Below are positions 20,504-31,144 of a stretch of DNA of 64,000 bases, piece after piece. Numbering within the stretch: the first letter of the stretch is position 1; each line of letters starts with the position of its first letter. The position numbers and the translations under genes were made by a program. The DNA comes from Sedimentisphaerales bacterium (GTDB taxonomy: Bacteria > Planctomycetota > Phycisphaerae > Sedimentisphaerales > SM23-30). The notes beneath the pieces are model-generated. The model did not search any database. It worked only from the letters and a program-made list of their open reading frames with translations, and was not told the origin of the DNA. The stretch lies in NCBI GenBank assembly GCA_963663965.2, contig CAXXFK010000040.1:64001-128000 (forward strand), read 5' to 3'.

Positions 20504-21925
20504 ATGAAACCATACCGGCTTAACCTGATTTTAGCCATTCTGGCGTTCATACTGACAGCCGCCGGATCAACTCCGGCCGCCCCAAAACCCAACTTCATCT
20601 TCATTAATATCGACGATATGGGCTATGCCGATATCGGGCCGTTCGGCTCCCAGCTGAACCGCACACCCAACCTGGACCGCATGGCCGAAGAAGGCCGCCG
20701 GCTGACCAGTTTTTACGCCGCACCCGTCTGCTCACCATCCCGCGCGGCCCTGATGACCGGCTGCTATCCCAAACGGTCCCTCAGCATCCCGCATGTTCTG
20801 TTCCCCGGCAACAAAGAAGGTCTCTCTCCCAATGAAATCACCATCGCCGAACTGCTCAAACAGCAGGGCTATGCGACCGCCTGCATCGGCAAGTGGCATC
20901 TGGGCGACCAGCCCGAATTCCTCCCGCGCCGCTAGGGCTTCGATTATTACTTCGGCCTGCCCTACTCCAATGATATGGGCCCGGCCGAAGATGGCGTCAA
21001 AAGCAGCCTGGGTGCGCCGCTGCCCAAACCCAACGAGAACGCCAAAGGCCAGCCTCCCCTGCCCATGTTACGAAACGAAACCGTCTTACAGCGTGTCCTG
21101 GCCGACGACCAGACCACCCTGGTTGAGCGCTATACCAAAGAAGCGATCCAGTTCATCAAAGCCCATCCAGATGATCCGTTCTTCCTCTACCTGCCCCACT
21201 CGGCCGTGCATTTCCCCATTTATCCCGGCAAAGCGTTTCAAGGCAAATCAAAAAACGGCATTTACGGTGATTGGGTCGAAGAGGTTGACTGGAGCGTCGG
21301 CCAGATACTCGATACCGTCCGCCAGTCAGGATTGAGTGAAAACACCCTAATTATTTTCACCTCCGATAACGGCGGCACTAAACGGGCCGTTAACGCGCCG
21401 CTCCGTGGATTCAAAAACAGTACCTGGGAAGGCGGCATCCGCGTCCCCACTATCGCCTGGTGGCCCGGCAAAATCCCCGCCAAAACCGAAACCGATGCTA
21501 TTACCGGTATGATGGATATCCTGCCGACCCTGGTCAAACTGGCCGGCGGCGAACCACCCGCCGACCGCAAACTGGACGGCGTCGATATCTGGCCGGTCCT
21601 GTCCGGCCAACCCAACGCGAAATCACCCCACGATGTTTTTTACTACTTTCGCGGCCTGAACCTGGAGGCCGTCCGTAACGGACCCTGGAAACTGCATCTC
21701 GCCAAAGACGAACTCTACAATTTAAAGACCGATATCGGCGAAACCACCAACGTCGCCGCCGACCATGCCGACATCGTCAAACGCCTGCACCAACTGGCCG
21801 CACAAATGAAAGAGGATCTTGGCACCGAAGGCATCGGCCCCGGCTGCCGCCCACTGGGTATCGCCCAGAACCCCCAGCCGATCATCGACTACGACGGCGC
21901 CTTCCGCAAACTGGAAATCCCCTGA
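20504..21925 (+). pseudogene. Sulfatase S1 interrupted by an in-frame TAG at 20933-20935
   Basis: [17 protein letters not shown], then LPRR*GFDYYFGLPYSND continuing in the same frame into ORF 20975-21925. Confidence 0.9.
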
Positions 21926-21961
21926 TCGATACGACTAAAATGATCACCTGCTTTGTTAAAT

Positions 21962-21987
21962 GTAGAGACGCGATGCTTCGCGTCTCT
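21962..21987 (+). repeat. GTAG-type REP palindrome / possible terminator
   Basis: GTAGAGACGCGATGCTTCGCGTCTCT followed by Ts, between convergent genes. Confidence 0.6.
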
Positions 21988-22121
21988 TTTCATTCATGCT
22001 ATAAAGCAGGATACCTGTAATAGCCCTGCATATCAGCCGGATTCAATGAAGCAATGACAAAATCATCCTCTCAAATTCAGACATCTTGAACATCTTTCAG
22101 TTTGAGATCGGAAAACATCTT

Positions 22122-23621
22122 TCACAATTCCCACCCTTTCCGATAATCCCGATATAAATACTGATTCGCCCCGGAAGGATTGGTAATCATTATCGCGTTG
22201 CTGTCGAAAACCACCTTTTTACCCGCCCGCAACGCGACCGTCCCCAGGTTCACCGTATCGGTAATCGATTCGGCGTTCAGAAAATTACCCGGCGAAGGCG
22301 TCTTACCCTGACAACCCCTGATCCACAGATCCAGACCACTGCCCCGCTCCTGGGCGGACACCTCATTCAATGGCAGGGCTTCACTTTTCCCTCCCGCAAA
22401 CAACCTGGGATTACCTCCATGAAAATCCGCCAGGATCGAACCGCCATCGCCCACAAACAGGATCCCTTCCTGTCCCATCTCAATTTCATGGCGTTCAATC
22501 TCCTGAGGTAGCCGGGGCCTCATCCCGCCATCATACCAGAACAGATCCAGTTCATCCCGGTTTTCACCGGCGGCAAAATGGAATCGCAGGGTACAACCGG
22601 TTGGATAAGCAAAGTCATTATTGACCCGGCGACAGACCTGATGATCGGTATCGCAGGTATGCGTCGCCCAGGCCTCCGCGGTCCTCGCTACCGGCAGCCC
22701 CAATCCCGTAAATACCGGCCACAAACTATAGATCCCCATATCCGCCATGGACCCGCCTCCAAATTCATACCACCCGCGATAGACCGTATGGGTATAATGG
22801 GGATGATAAGGCCGGTACTGCGCCGGCCCCAGCCACAGATCCCAGTCAAAACCGTCCGGAACCGGCGGTTTCTCCGCTGAAATCTCAGTATACTGAGGCC
22901 AGACCGGCCGGTTCGTCCAGTTGTGAATTTCGCGCAGCTTCCCAATCGCCCCTTCCTTGATCCGTTCCACGATCCGCCCATTGTCATAACCGCTGCCATA
23001 CGCCAGTAAGTGGGTCGCCCGCTGACTGGCCCGCACCGTTTCCAGTACCTTTCTGCCCTCATACACCCGGTTGGCGATGGGCTTATGCATCAGCACATGC
23101 AGCCCCTTTTTCATCGCCGCAATCGACAGATGGGCGTGCAGATGATCCGGTGTCATGATCTTAACCGCATCCAGATCCTTTTCCCGCTCGAGCATCTCTC
23201 GAAAGTCCGCGTAAACCGCGCACCCTTTATAAGACTCCCGATCGGCTTGTCTGGCATACCAGCCCTCGATTATCTCCTTCCCAACCTCACGGCCGCCGGG
23301 ACAGCCCTCTTCACCACTGCCCCAATCCGGATTCTTCAGATATTCACGGATCTGGTTGCGAATGCCGTACCGGCCCCACTCGAGATAATCCCAACTCCTT
23401 CGGTTGGGATCGCAGACCGCAACGATCTGAATCCGGTTATCGTTCAGCAACCCACCCAACTCCCGAATACTCTGGCTACCCATCCCGATATGACCCAGCC
23501 GGATCCGCTCACTGGGCGCCACATACCCATCACCACCCAGCACCGAACGCGGCACAACCACATAAGCCCCCGTCGCCACTGCCGAACCCAGAAAACGCCG
23601 TCGATTTATTTCCGTCTGCAT
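22122..23621 (-). CDS. Tat-exported Gfo/Idh/MocA oxidoreductase
   Basis: NRRRFL Tat motif, IGMG, TPDHLH, HKP, WDLWLGPA. Confidence 0.92.
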   Translation of the reverse strand: MQTEINRRRFLGSAVATGAYVVVPRSVLGGDGYVAPSERIRLGHIGMGSQSIRELGGLLNDNRIQIVAVCDPNRRSWDYLEWGRYGIRNQIREYLKNPDWGSGEEGCPGGREVGKEIIEGWYARQADRESYKGCAVYADFREMLEREKDLDAVKIMTPDHLHAHLSIAAMKKGLHVLMHKPIANRVYEGRKVLETVRASQRATHLLAYGSGYDNGRIVERIKEGAIGKLREIHNWTNRPVWPQYTEISAEKPPVPDGFDWDLWLGPAQYRPYHPHYTHTVYRGWYEFGGGSMADMGIYSLWPVFTGLGLPVARTAEAWATHTCDTDHQVCRRVNNDFAYPTGCTLRFHFAAGENRDELDLFWYDGGMRPRLPQEIERHEIEMGQEGILFVGDGGSILADFHGGNPRLFAGGKSEALPLNEVSAQERGSGLDLWIRGCQGKTPSPGNFLNAESITDTVNLGTVALRAGKKVVFDSNAIMITNPSGANQYLYRDYRKGWEL

Positions 23622-23851
23622 GATAAACTCCCTTGTTATAATGGACCAGATTAACAGGACTCATCAGGTGCCGCCTTAAAACGCAACACATGGAAGATAG
23701 CGCTCAACACGTGATAAAACGCGCCCTCAAATATTATATGGCGACCAGGCAACCTCCACAAGCCCCCATAAAAAATTTCGGCGATAACCACCCATGAGAC
23801 AGTATGATTATCGCCGGAGATATCAATTCGAATCCAACGAAACAGGATTCA

Positions 23852-26800
23852 TTATTCAAATTCAAACTTCATGGTATGAATCGACCAGTGCCAGGTATCC
23901 TCAGATTCGGTTTCGATGATCTTAATATACTGCGCGCGGACCGGCTTGGGGAACACCAGTTCGGTGATCGGATTAGTACCCTTGCCAACCAGAACCGGCT
24001 CGCCCCAGTCGCCATCGCTGAACGAAGCGTAAACCTCGTAACCGCGCGGATAATCGTTGGCGCTGTCGCGCGTATCGAGCGTAATCTTCTTGATCACACA
24101 TTCAGCCCCGAAATTCAGCGTAAACCAGTCGCCCGGTTTCATGCCCCGTCCGGTGGTCCAGCGGGTTCCGGTATTGCCATCCAACGCGTTCCTGGTATTA
24201 TTGTTCTCGCGCGATGCGGTCGCGGTAATCTTCCGGTTGATCAGCGCCGCTTTGATCTTCTTCGCGGCGATATCGGCCTCCTGCCGCAGTTCGTTATCCG
24301 TCTGCATACCTTCAACCAGTTTCAACGACTCAGCACAGGGATAAACCGCCAGTGCGCCCAGAATCGCTTTCTTCTCATCCGCGCGTCGGGCCAGCGGCAA
24401 TCCTTTGGCCAGTAGCGCCGTCGATTCCGATGCCGCTCGGTTGGCCGGAAGCGTGCAGAGCTTGATATACCCGCGTAACGCGATCACATTCACATTCATA
24501 TCAGGATCCTGCGCCGCCTTGAGCAGATCATCGCTGGGCGTCGCGTCCGGCCAGTCGGCCAGGGCGCGAATCGCCGCTCTTTTCACCTCGCCATTGGTGC
24601 TGGCCACCTGCGCCCGCACCGCCGCCAGGGCCGCATCGCCGCCAAAGCGCGGCAGCACACCCAGCAATCTCGCGGTGACATTGGGGTTGGCGCCCTTCAA
24701 CGCGTTAATAACCACAACCGCGTCCGAACTCGCCAGCCGCCCGGCCATTGAGGTAATCGCCCGCTCGATGGCGCCCTGTTCCGAACCATTGGGGGTCACG
24801 GTCAGTTTTTTCACCATCACCGGCAATTCGCCCGCGCCGCCCAGACTGCCAATCGCCTTATAGGCCGCCTGGCGCACTTTCACATCGCTGTCATCGGTAA
24901 CCTTTACCAGCGCCCCCACGGCATCCGTAGCCTGCCGCGTAACCAGCGCATCCATGACATTGGATCGCGCCGCACTATTACCATTGGCCAGGGCAACCGC
25001 AACCAGGGTCATATTCACATCGTCACCATGCAGCCGTTCCAGACTGTCCGTCGCGGCCTTGCCCAGCGCGCCGCCCTTGGTACTGGCCTCCGCCAGCATC
25101 TTCACTTGCGAAGCGTCTCCCAGGGCCACCAATGCCTTGATGGCGGCAATCGCCACGGCTTCATCGCCGCTGTTCGCTGCCTGGGAGACCGCGCCGGCCG
25201 CCGCCTTATCGCCGCGATCTTCCAGCGCGCCAATCAATACTACCTGCATGGCTGGTGATAACGTGGCCAGCTTATCCGCGAACGCCTTCGTCACCGTGGT
25301 TCCTTCCATTTCCGAAATAAACTTGCCCGCCGCCTGCCGAAGCTGCTCGTTTTTATCCGTAAACAGAGCCAGTACGATTGGCACGGCCTGTTCCTTCTTG
25401 GCCCGCACCAACCCACGATAGGCCGCCAGCCGGATCATCACCGGATAGCTCTCCGCGGTCATTCGCTGATAGATACCCACCGCGAAATCTACCGCCCCTT
25501 TATTCAACATCGTATCGGTACAGGTCAGAATGGCATCGTTTCTCAACGCTTCCAACTCCACCGGTAGCGGGGTCTCAACCAATGCCAATCCAGTAACCTG
25601 ATTGGAAAAGTGGCTCAGCGCCGTAATCGCGGCACGCGCCAGTTCAATATTATCGCTCTTCATCAACGCCGCGATCTTCTCCGCAGCCGCCTCCTCACCG
25701 CGTTGGCCCAGCGAACCGACAATCCCAATCTTCAGATCGCCGTCAACGCGGTCCAGCGCGTCGATCAACGCCACGCCCGCCGACGGAGCCGGCATCTCTT
25801 GCAACGCGTACCGGGCCATATGCGACAGTTTCTCATCCGTCAGCAACGCCGCCAGCGCCGGAACGCTTCGTTCCGAACCCATCTGCCGCAATTGCCTGCA
25901 GACATACTGCTTGCCCGCGTAGGTGCAATTGGGATTGGTCAGCGCCCGGATCAGGGCCGCTTCAATCTCTCGCATCCGTGCCGGGCCGGCGTTACGGATA
26001 TCCTCTTCAATCGCGGCCAGCGCCTGGCGGTTCTTGTCGAAGTCCCAGGTCACAATCTCTTTGCCATAATCCCCCGATACTTTGGCATTATTGGTTGTCC
26101 GCAGACTCACCGCGTCAGCCGTCGGAAAATCGGCCGGTACATCGGTCTGCGTCACCATACCGGTGGCAGCCCATTCCGTGCCACGCAGGAAGGTAACGAT
26201 AAAGCCAACCGATTTCAACTGGTCAACATCATGGCCAATCGCGGTATGGAAAATACGGCCCTTATTACGATACACCGTAAACAGCATCGGCTCATGTTCA
26301 CCTGTGCCGCGTTGTTCCGGGGCCGCGTAAGCCGTCGCCAGCAGTGTCATGTTTTTCGCCGGCCCGCGCAGCTTGCTGTACAGTTCATCCTTGGCGTGCA
26401 TCCACTTCTCCGGCAAACCGCGCATGATCGGATGATCCGCCTCACGCGTAATCAGCTGAAACGCATGTTGCGGTCCATGGGTACCGCCCGCCCCGGGACT
26501 GTTGTCAAATACCATCTGACCATCCCGGAACCGCACCATCGGGCCCGACTTTTCATTCCGGCCGCCCCAACCGCCCAGCGCGATCATCTCGTTCCACGCC
26601 GGCCAGTTGGAAAACGCATTATCGGCGGCATGATAGATCACCAGACCACCGCCGTTGTCCATATACTTTTCAAACGCTGTCTTCGTCGCCGCCGGCCAAT
26701 CATCGCCGTTATAGTTGCTCACCACCACATCATACTTGGCAAAATCCGGCGAAAATCCATTCATCGGCTGCTTCGCCGGTGGCGTCGTCGCCACATCCAC

Positions 26801-27631
26801 CACAAACAATCCCGTTTCCTCCAGCAACTGCTTGAGTACCGGTGTCGTACCTGCCCAGTTGTGATTGTTCTGACCATCCACAATCAGCGCCTTTAACGGA
26901 TACTTCGGCGCAGGCTCCGCTCCCAGCGGTGTCATCGTAATATTCCGGTAAGCCACCGGACCATGATCCCCTTGCAGCATCAGCGGACCGGTCGCCTTCT
27001 CATCATTCTCCCACGTGGCCGCGCGTGTCGGCCCTGTCACTTCCACATTCTCATGCACCAGTATCCCGTTGTGCTTCACCTCTACAAAGCGCGCGTTGGC
27101 GATCTTATTGCCTTGGCGATCAAATTTCGGCGCGCGGAAAATCGCGTCAAAACTCTGCCACTGGCCCGGTTCCTTCGAGGCGTTCACCCGCGGCGCCCGC
27201 CCTTCATAACCCCGGTCATTGCGCCACCGCTGATAAATACCGCCGCAGTCACTGTGTTGCGGTTCGGCCACACCCCAGCTGTCAAACACCTGGATTTCAT
27301 AGCGGCCCATCAAATACACACCGCTGTTGGAGCCCTTGGGCACGACAAATTCAATATGCAGCGCCACATCACCCCATTCTTTCTTCGTTATGATATTACT
27401 GGTCCGGCCGGTGGCTCCGTTGATCATCACCCCCTTGCCCGCCTTCGCGGCCAGCAACGCCTCATTCTGCGGATTCTTCACCGCGTCCCCGGCAATCATC
27501 CAATCGCCCGTAGGTGCGCGCCACGCGCTCAGATCGTCCAGCCCAACCTTCTCGGCCGGGATTGACGACACCGCCATCAGCAATGCCGCAGCCAGTAATA
27601 TCGAAATAAGTTTCAAATTATTCATGTTCAA
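23852..27631 (-). CDS. Multidomain protein: DUF1080 (3-keto-disaccharide hydrolase) + ThuA-like + HEAT repeats + F5/8 type C (discoidin)
   Basis: NSGVYLMGRYEIQV..LQGDHGPVAYRNI; IVDGQNNHNW..DELY..GH; Ala-rich HEAT repeats; ALDGNTGTRWTT..WSIH. Confidence 0.9.
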   Translation of the reverse strand: MNMNNLKLISILLAAALLMAVSSIPAEKVGLDDLSAWRAPTGDWMIAGDAVKNPQNEALLAAKAGKGVMINGATGRTSNIITKKEWGDVALHIEFVVPKGSNSGVYLMGRYEIQVFDSWGVAEPQHSDCGGIYQRWRNDRGYEGRAPRVNASKEPGQWQSFDAIFRAPKFDRQGNKIANARFVEVKHNGILVHENVEVTGPTRAATWENDEKATGPLMLQGDHGPVAYRNITMTPLGAEPAPKYPLKALIVDGQNNHNWAGTTPVLKQLLEETGLFVVDVATTPPAKQPMNGFSPDFAKYDVVVSNYNGDDWPAATKTAFEKYMDNGGGLVIYHAADNAFSNWPAWNEMIALGGWGGRNEKSGPMVRFRDGQMVFDNSPGAGGTHGPQHAFQLITREADHPIMRGLPEKWMHAKDELYSKLRGPAKNMTLLATAYAAPEQRGTGEHEPMLFTVYRNKGRIFHTAIGHDVDQLKSVGFIVTFLRGTEWAATGMVTQTDVPADFPTADAVSLRTTNNAKVSGDYGKEIVTWDFDKNRQALAAIEEDIRNAGPARMREIEAALIRALTNPNCTYAGKQYVCRQLRQMGSERSVPALAALLTDEKLSHMARYALQEMPAPSAGVALIDALDRVDGDLKIGIVGSLGQRGEEAAAEKIAALMKSDNIELARAAITALSHFSNQVTGLALVETPLPVELEALRNDAILTCTDTMLNKGAVDFAVGIYQRMTAESYPVMIRLAAYRGLVRAKKEQAVPIVLALFTDKNEQLRQAAGKFISEMEGTTVTKAFADKLATLSPAMQVVLIGALEDRGDKAAAGAVSQAANSGDEAVAIAAIKALVALGDASQVKMLAEASTKGGALGKAATDSLERLHGDDVNMTLVAVALANGNSAARSNVMDALVTRQATDAVGALVKVTDDSDVKVRQAAYKAIGSLGGAGELPVMVKKLTVTPNGSEQGAIERAITSMAGRLASSDAVVVINALKGANPNVTARLLGVLPRFGGDAALAAVRAQVASTNGEVKRAAIRALADWPDATPSDDLLKAAQDPDMNVNVIALRGYIKLCTLPANRAASESTALLAKGLPLARRADEKKAILGALAVYPCAESLKLVEGMQTDNELRQEADIAAKKIKAALINRKITATASRENNNTRNALDGNTGTRWTTGRGMKPGDWFTLNFGAECVIKKITLDTRDSANDYPRGYEVYASFSDGDWGEPVLVGKGTNPITELVFPKPVRAQYIKIIETESEDTWHWSIHTMKFEFE

Positions 27632-27721
27632 ATCCTCAAATATAATCCATCGGATAGGTTAATTCGATTTAAAGACCAATCTTTTTGCCTTTTTGTCTTC
27701 TTGACTTTTCGACTTTTTTCT

Positions 27722-29014
27722 TCACAACGTCCACGGCTCGCGATAGGGCCGCATCAGCAGCGCGCTGGCCGCCGGATCACCGATAATCTCCTCGGTTTCC
27801 GGTTTCCACCGAATCTTACGCCCGGTCAGCATCGCGATCTCACCCAGTAACCCTACACTGATTGACCGCTGCGCCGTCTCCACCGGGGTAATGGTCAGCT
27901 TCCGGCTCTTCACGCACTCCAGGAAATTCCCCATATGGTCCCGGCTGTCGTACAACTGTACCTCATCCGGTCCTATGACTTCCTTAAGAATCTTCTCATC
28001 CGAGGCCGACAGTCCGCCACGGCTGACATGCACCCACCCCTTGTCACCATACCATCGAGTCCCCTGTGGCAACTGCTGATTATTGGCCACTACCATCTCT
28101 ATTCCATTGGCATACTTGCAACGGAATTTGTACGTCGGCGGCGTATCATAAAGCCCGTTATCCGGATAATCGCCTTTGCCCTCGATCTCCACCGGTCCGG
28201 TATGATCAAAATCCAGGCCCCAGTGGGCAATGTCAATATGATGACCAGCCCAGTCTGTCAGCTGACCGCCTGAGTAATCCATGATCCAGCGCCATTGATA
28301 GTGGCAATCGCCCTGGCCAAAATCACAGAACGGGCGCCATGGCGCCGGCCCCAGCCAGAATTCCCAATCCAGCGTATCCGGTACCGGTTTTGCCGGTTGC
28401 GGACCACGCGTTCCACCGGTCGGTAAACCCACCTCAACATGAGTGATTTTGCCTACCCGGCCGTTGCGCACCAGTTCGCATGCCCGCCGGAAGTTCCCCA
28501 CCGATCGCTGCCAGCTGCCCGTCTGCCACACCCGGCCATAACGATGCACCGCGTCGCAGATCGCCCGGCCTTCCCGAATCGAACGCGCCAGCGGTTTCTG
28601 CCCGTGTATATCCAGACCCGCCTTCGCCGCTGCCACCGACACCAGGGCATGCCAGTGGTCCGGCAAAGCCGTCATCACTGCGTCCAGATCGCCACGACCA
28701 ATCAACTCGCGATAATCCAGATACGCGGTACAGTTATTGTCGCCATATTTCTTGTTGGTTATATTTTTTGCGTTTTCACGATGATTGCGATCCACATCGC
28801 AAACCGCGACCATCCGGACCTCAGACTTGCCCAGAAATCCGTTCAGGTCACCCGTTCCCATCGATCCGGTGCCAATGGCGCCCATCACAATCTTGTTACT
28901 CGGTGCGTTCTGCCCAAAGACAGTCGAAGGCACCACTATTGGAAAAGCTGCGACGCCCCCTGCGACTGCCGCACGCTTCAAAAAACTGCGGCGGGTAAAT
29001 TGGTCTCTTGCCAT
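27722..29014 (-). CDS. Tat-exported Gfo/Idh/MocA oxidoreductase
   Basis: TRRSFLK, IGTG, PDHWH, QKPL, DWAGHHID. Confidence 0.93.
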   Translation of the reverse strand: MARDQFTRRSFLKRAAVAGGVAAFPIVVPSTVFGQNAPSNKIVMGAIGTGSMGTGDLNGFLGKSEVRMVAVCDVDRNHRENAKNITNKKYGDNNCTAYLDYRELIGRGDLDAVMTALPDHWHALVSVAAAKAGLDIHGQKPLARSIREGRAICDAVHRYGRVWQTGSWQRSVGNFRRACELVRNGRVGKITHVEVGLPTGGTRGPQPAKPVPDTLDWEFWLGPAPWRPFCDFGQGDCHYQWRWIMDYSGGQLTDWAGHHIDIAHWGLDFDHTGPVEIEGKGDYPDNGLYDTPPTYKFRCKYANGIEMVVANNQQLPQGTRWYGDKGWVHVSRGGLSASDEKILKEVIGPDEVQLYDSRDHMGNFLECVKSRKLTITPVETAQRSISVGLLGEIAMLTGRKIRWKPETEEIIGDPAASALLMRPYREPWTL

Positions 29015-29386
29015 AATAGACTCCTGTTGATAAGGTTCTAAAGTTATTTATTTCCTGTTAAACGGTTATGATTGGCTTGTTATTTGTTCAATTTACGGTT
29101 TTCCCCAAAATTGAACACTAACCACGCCTTTCGCCTAATTAATTGATTGACAGACTGTTACAACAATTAACCCCCTGTGCGCATCTTTGTAAAAACATAA
29201 TCCAGGTCCTGATGTAAATCAACGCAAAGACTGCCCTCATACATAATCACGATTTTACTGATACAGAAATATGAAATCTTAATAGTCAAATTTGAATTTT
29301 AGTATAATAACTAACCTTAACTTTGGATAGAATGTAAAATGAAATATTTATTAAATCGCATCCGCCGCCAGGCGGTATCATTTAAG

Positions 29387-29515
29387 AAATCCCGAAGGGA
29401 TGATAGTAAATAGCCGGGGGTAAGGCCGATCAGCCATCGGCTGATCGAACGCAACCCCCGGAAAATCAATGAATAAATCTATTCTACCTCCAGCATTTCG
29501 TGCGAAGCACGAAAG
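29387..29515. repeat. Cluster of REP-like palindromes
   Basis: CCGGGGGT...ACCCCCGG stem enclosing CGATCAGCC-ATC-GGCTGATCG, plus TTTCGTGCGAAGCACGAAA. A related CCGGGGGT...CCGGAAA element occurs at 40741-40764. Confidence 0.6.
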
Positions 29516-29569
29516 TTGAATAACCTTTCATATGATAAACCAAAGCCAACCTTGTATCCGGATTAAATA

Positions 29570-31144
29570 ATGCCCATACCCACCCGCCAGATTCTCATCG
29601 CATTGTGTTTCCTCCTTCTAAGCCTCGGCCATCGCCAGGCCTCAGCCCTGGAAAACTCTGCCGACCTCGTCACCATCGAGACCGGCAACTTACCCATCAT
29701 TCTCTCAGCCCCGCACGGCGGGCACAACCCCATTCCCAATGTACCCATCCGACAGGGTAAAGGGGTTAAACTGTTCAGCACCCTGACGGACATCAACACC
29801 GACCGCCTCACCGAACAGCTGGCGGACGCCATCGAAAAAAAACTGGGCAAACGTCCCTATCTGGTCATCGCTCGATTCCACCGCAAGTATGTTGACGTCA
29901 ACCGCCGGGCAAGTGACGCCTTCGAGTCACCCGCGGCCCAGGTCGCTTACGACACCTACCATCAGGCGCTGACCCGGGCCCGCAATGAGGTGATCGAAAG
30001 ATGGGGCTACGGCATCCTGCTCGACATCCACGGGCAAAGCGCGGACCCCAACGCGATTTTCCGCGGTACCCGAAACGGCCAAACGACAACGCACCTGATA
30101 AACGACTTCGGCCGTGAAGCGCTGATCGGCCCAACCAGCCTGTTCAGCCAATTGGCCGCCCAGGGCCTGCGTGTCATCCCCGCCCCCGGCTCAACCGATC
30201 CCGAAAACCCCCATTACAACGGCGGCTATATCGTCCATACCCACGGCAGCAGTTCCGGCACAACCCTGGACGCCATTCAACTGGAACTGGGCCGGAACCT
30301 GCGCGCCACCCGGGCCCTGCCCTCAACCGTCACCCGGTTGACCCATGCCATTGCCGCATTCAGTCATGACTACCTTCCCCAAACCGAAAGGAACACCCAG
30401 ACCAACCCTGCAACTCCCCCCACCGACAAAGTCCGGATCGGTGTCTATTGCGATAAAGGCACTGGTAACGCCGGCCCCACCACGCTTCTGAATGTCCTGG
30501 GACAATTTAACGATGTATCGGTCCGGAAACTCATGGCCGACGACATCCGATCAGGCGCGCTCGACCACTTCGATGTCCTGATCCACCCCGGAGGCAGCGG
30601 CAGCGGCCAGGGCCAACACCTGCAAACAGAAGGCAGAGAAAAAATCCGCGCCTTTATCGCCGACGGCGGCGGCTTCATCGGCATCTGTGCCGGCGCCTAC
30701 CTGGCCTCCGCTGATTATTCATGGTCGCTGAACATTCTCGACGCCAAAGTCCTCGACCGTCAGCATTGGGCCCGCGGTAATGGCATGGTAGAAATCACCT
30801 TAACCGACGCCGGACAACACCTCCTCAAATCCGACCAGCCGCAGTTGACCATCTATTACGCCCAGGGCCCCCTGCTGGCCCCCCGGAACAATCCCGACAT
30901 CCCGGACTATCAAACCCTCGCCACCTTCAAAACCGAAATCGCCAGAAACGGCGCCCCCGAAGGAGTCATGAAAAACACCACCGCCATCGCCGCCGGCCAA
31001 TTCGGCCACGGCCGCGTCCTCTGCTTCAGCCCCCACCCCGAAAAAACCAAAGGCCTCGAACCACTCCTGCAATACGCCATCAACCACGTCAAACCCCATT
31101 ACCCCCTGCCAGAACACAACCAGCCCGTTTTACTCCAAAATTAA
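29570..31144 (+). CDS. Secreted N-formylglutamate-amidohydrolase-like + BPL_N (class I glutamine amidotransferase-like) fusion
   Basis: SAPHGG, RKYVDVNR, LDIHG, IQLE; then PGGSG, GICAGAY, SPHPE. Confidence 0.8.
   Translation: MPIPTRQILIALCFLLLSLGHRQASALENSADLVTIETGNLPIILSAPHGGHNPIPNVPIRQGKGVKLFSTLTDINTDRLTEQLADAIEKKLGKRPYLVIARFHRKYVDVNRRASDAFESPAAQVAYDTYHQALTRARNEVIERWGYGILLDIHGQSADPNAIFRGTRNGQTTTHLINDFGREALIGPTSLFSQLAAQGLRVIPAPGSTDPENPHYNGGYIVHTHGSSSGTTLDAIQLELGRNLRATRALPSTVTRLTHAIAAFSHDYLPQTERNTQTNPATPPTDKVRIGVYCDKGTGNAGPTTLLNVLGQFNDVSVRKLMADDIRSGALDHFDVLIHPGGSGSGQGQHLQTEGREKIRAFIADGGGFIGICAGAYLASADYSWSLNILDAKVLDRQHWARGNGMVEITLTDAGQHLLKSDQPQLTIYYAQGPLLAPRNNPDIPDYQTLATFKTEIARNGAPEGVMKNTTAIAAGQFGHGRVLCFSPHPEKTKGLEPLLQYAINHVKPHYPLPEHNQPVLLQN

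Noticed and set aside
20933..20935. Pyrrolysine or selenocysteine recoding
   Set aside because: TAG at a non-catalytic Gln/His position, no pyl genes in the window, and other genes here use TAG as a normal stop
25610..26896. 428-aa plus-strand ORF
   Set aside because: Antisense shadow of the GC-rich DUF1080-ThuA-HEAT gene with no recognisable motifs
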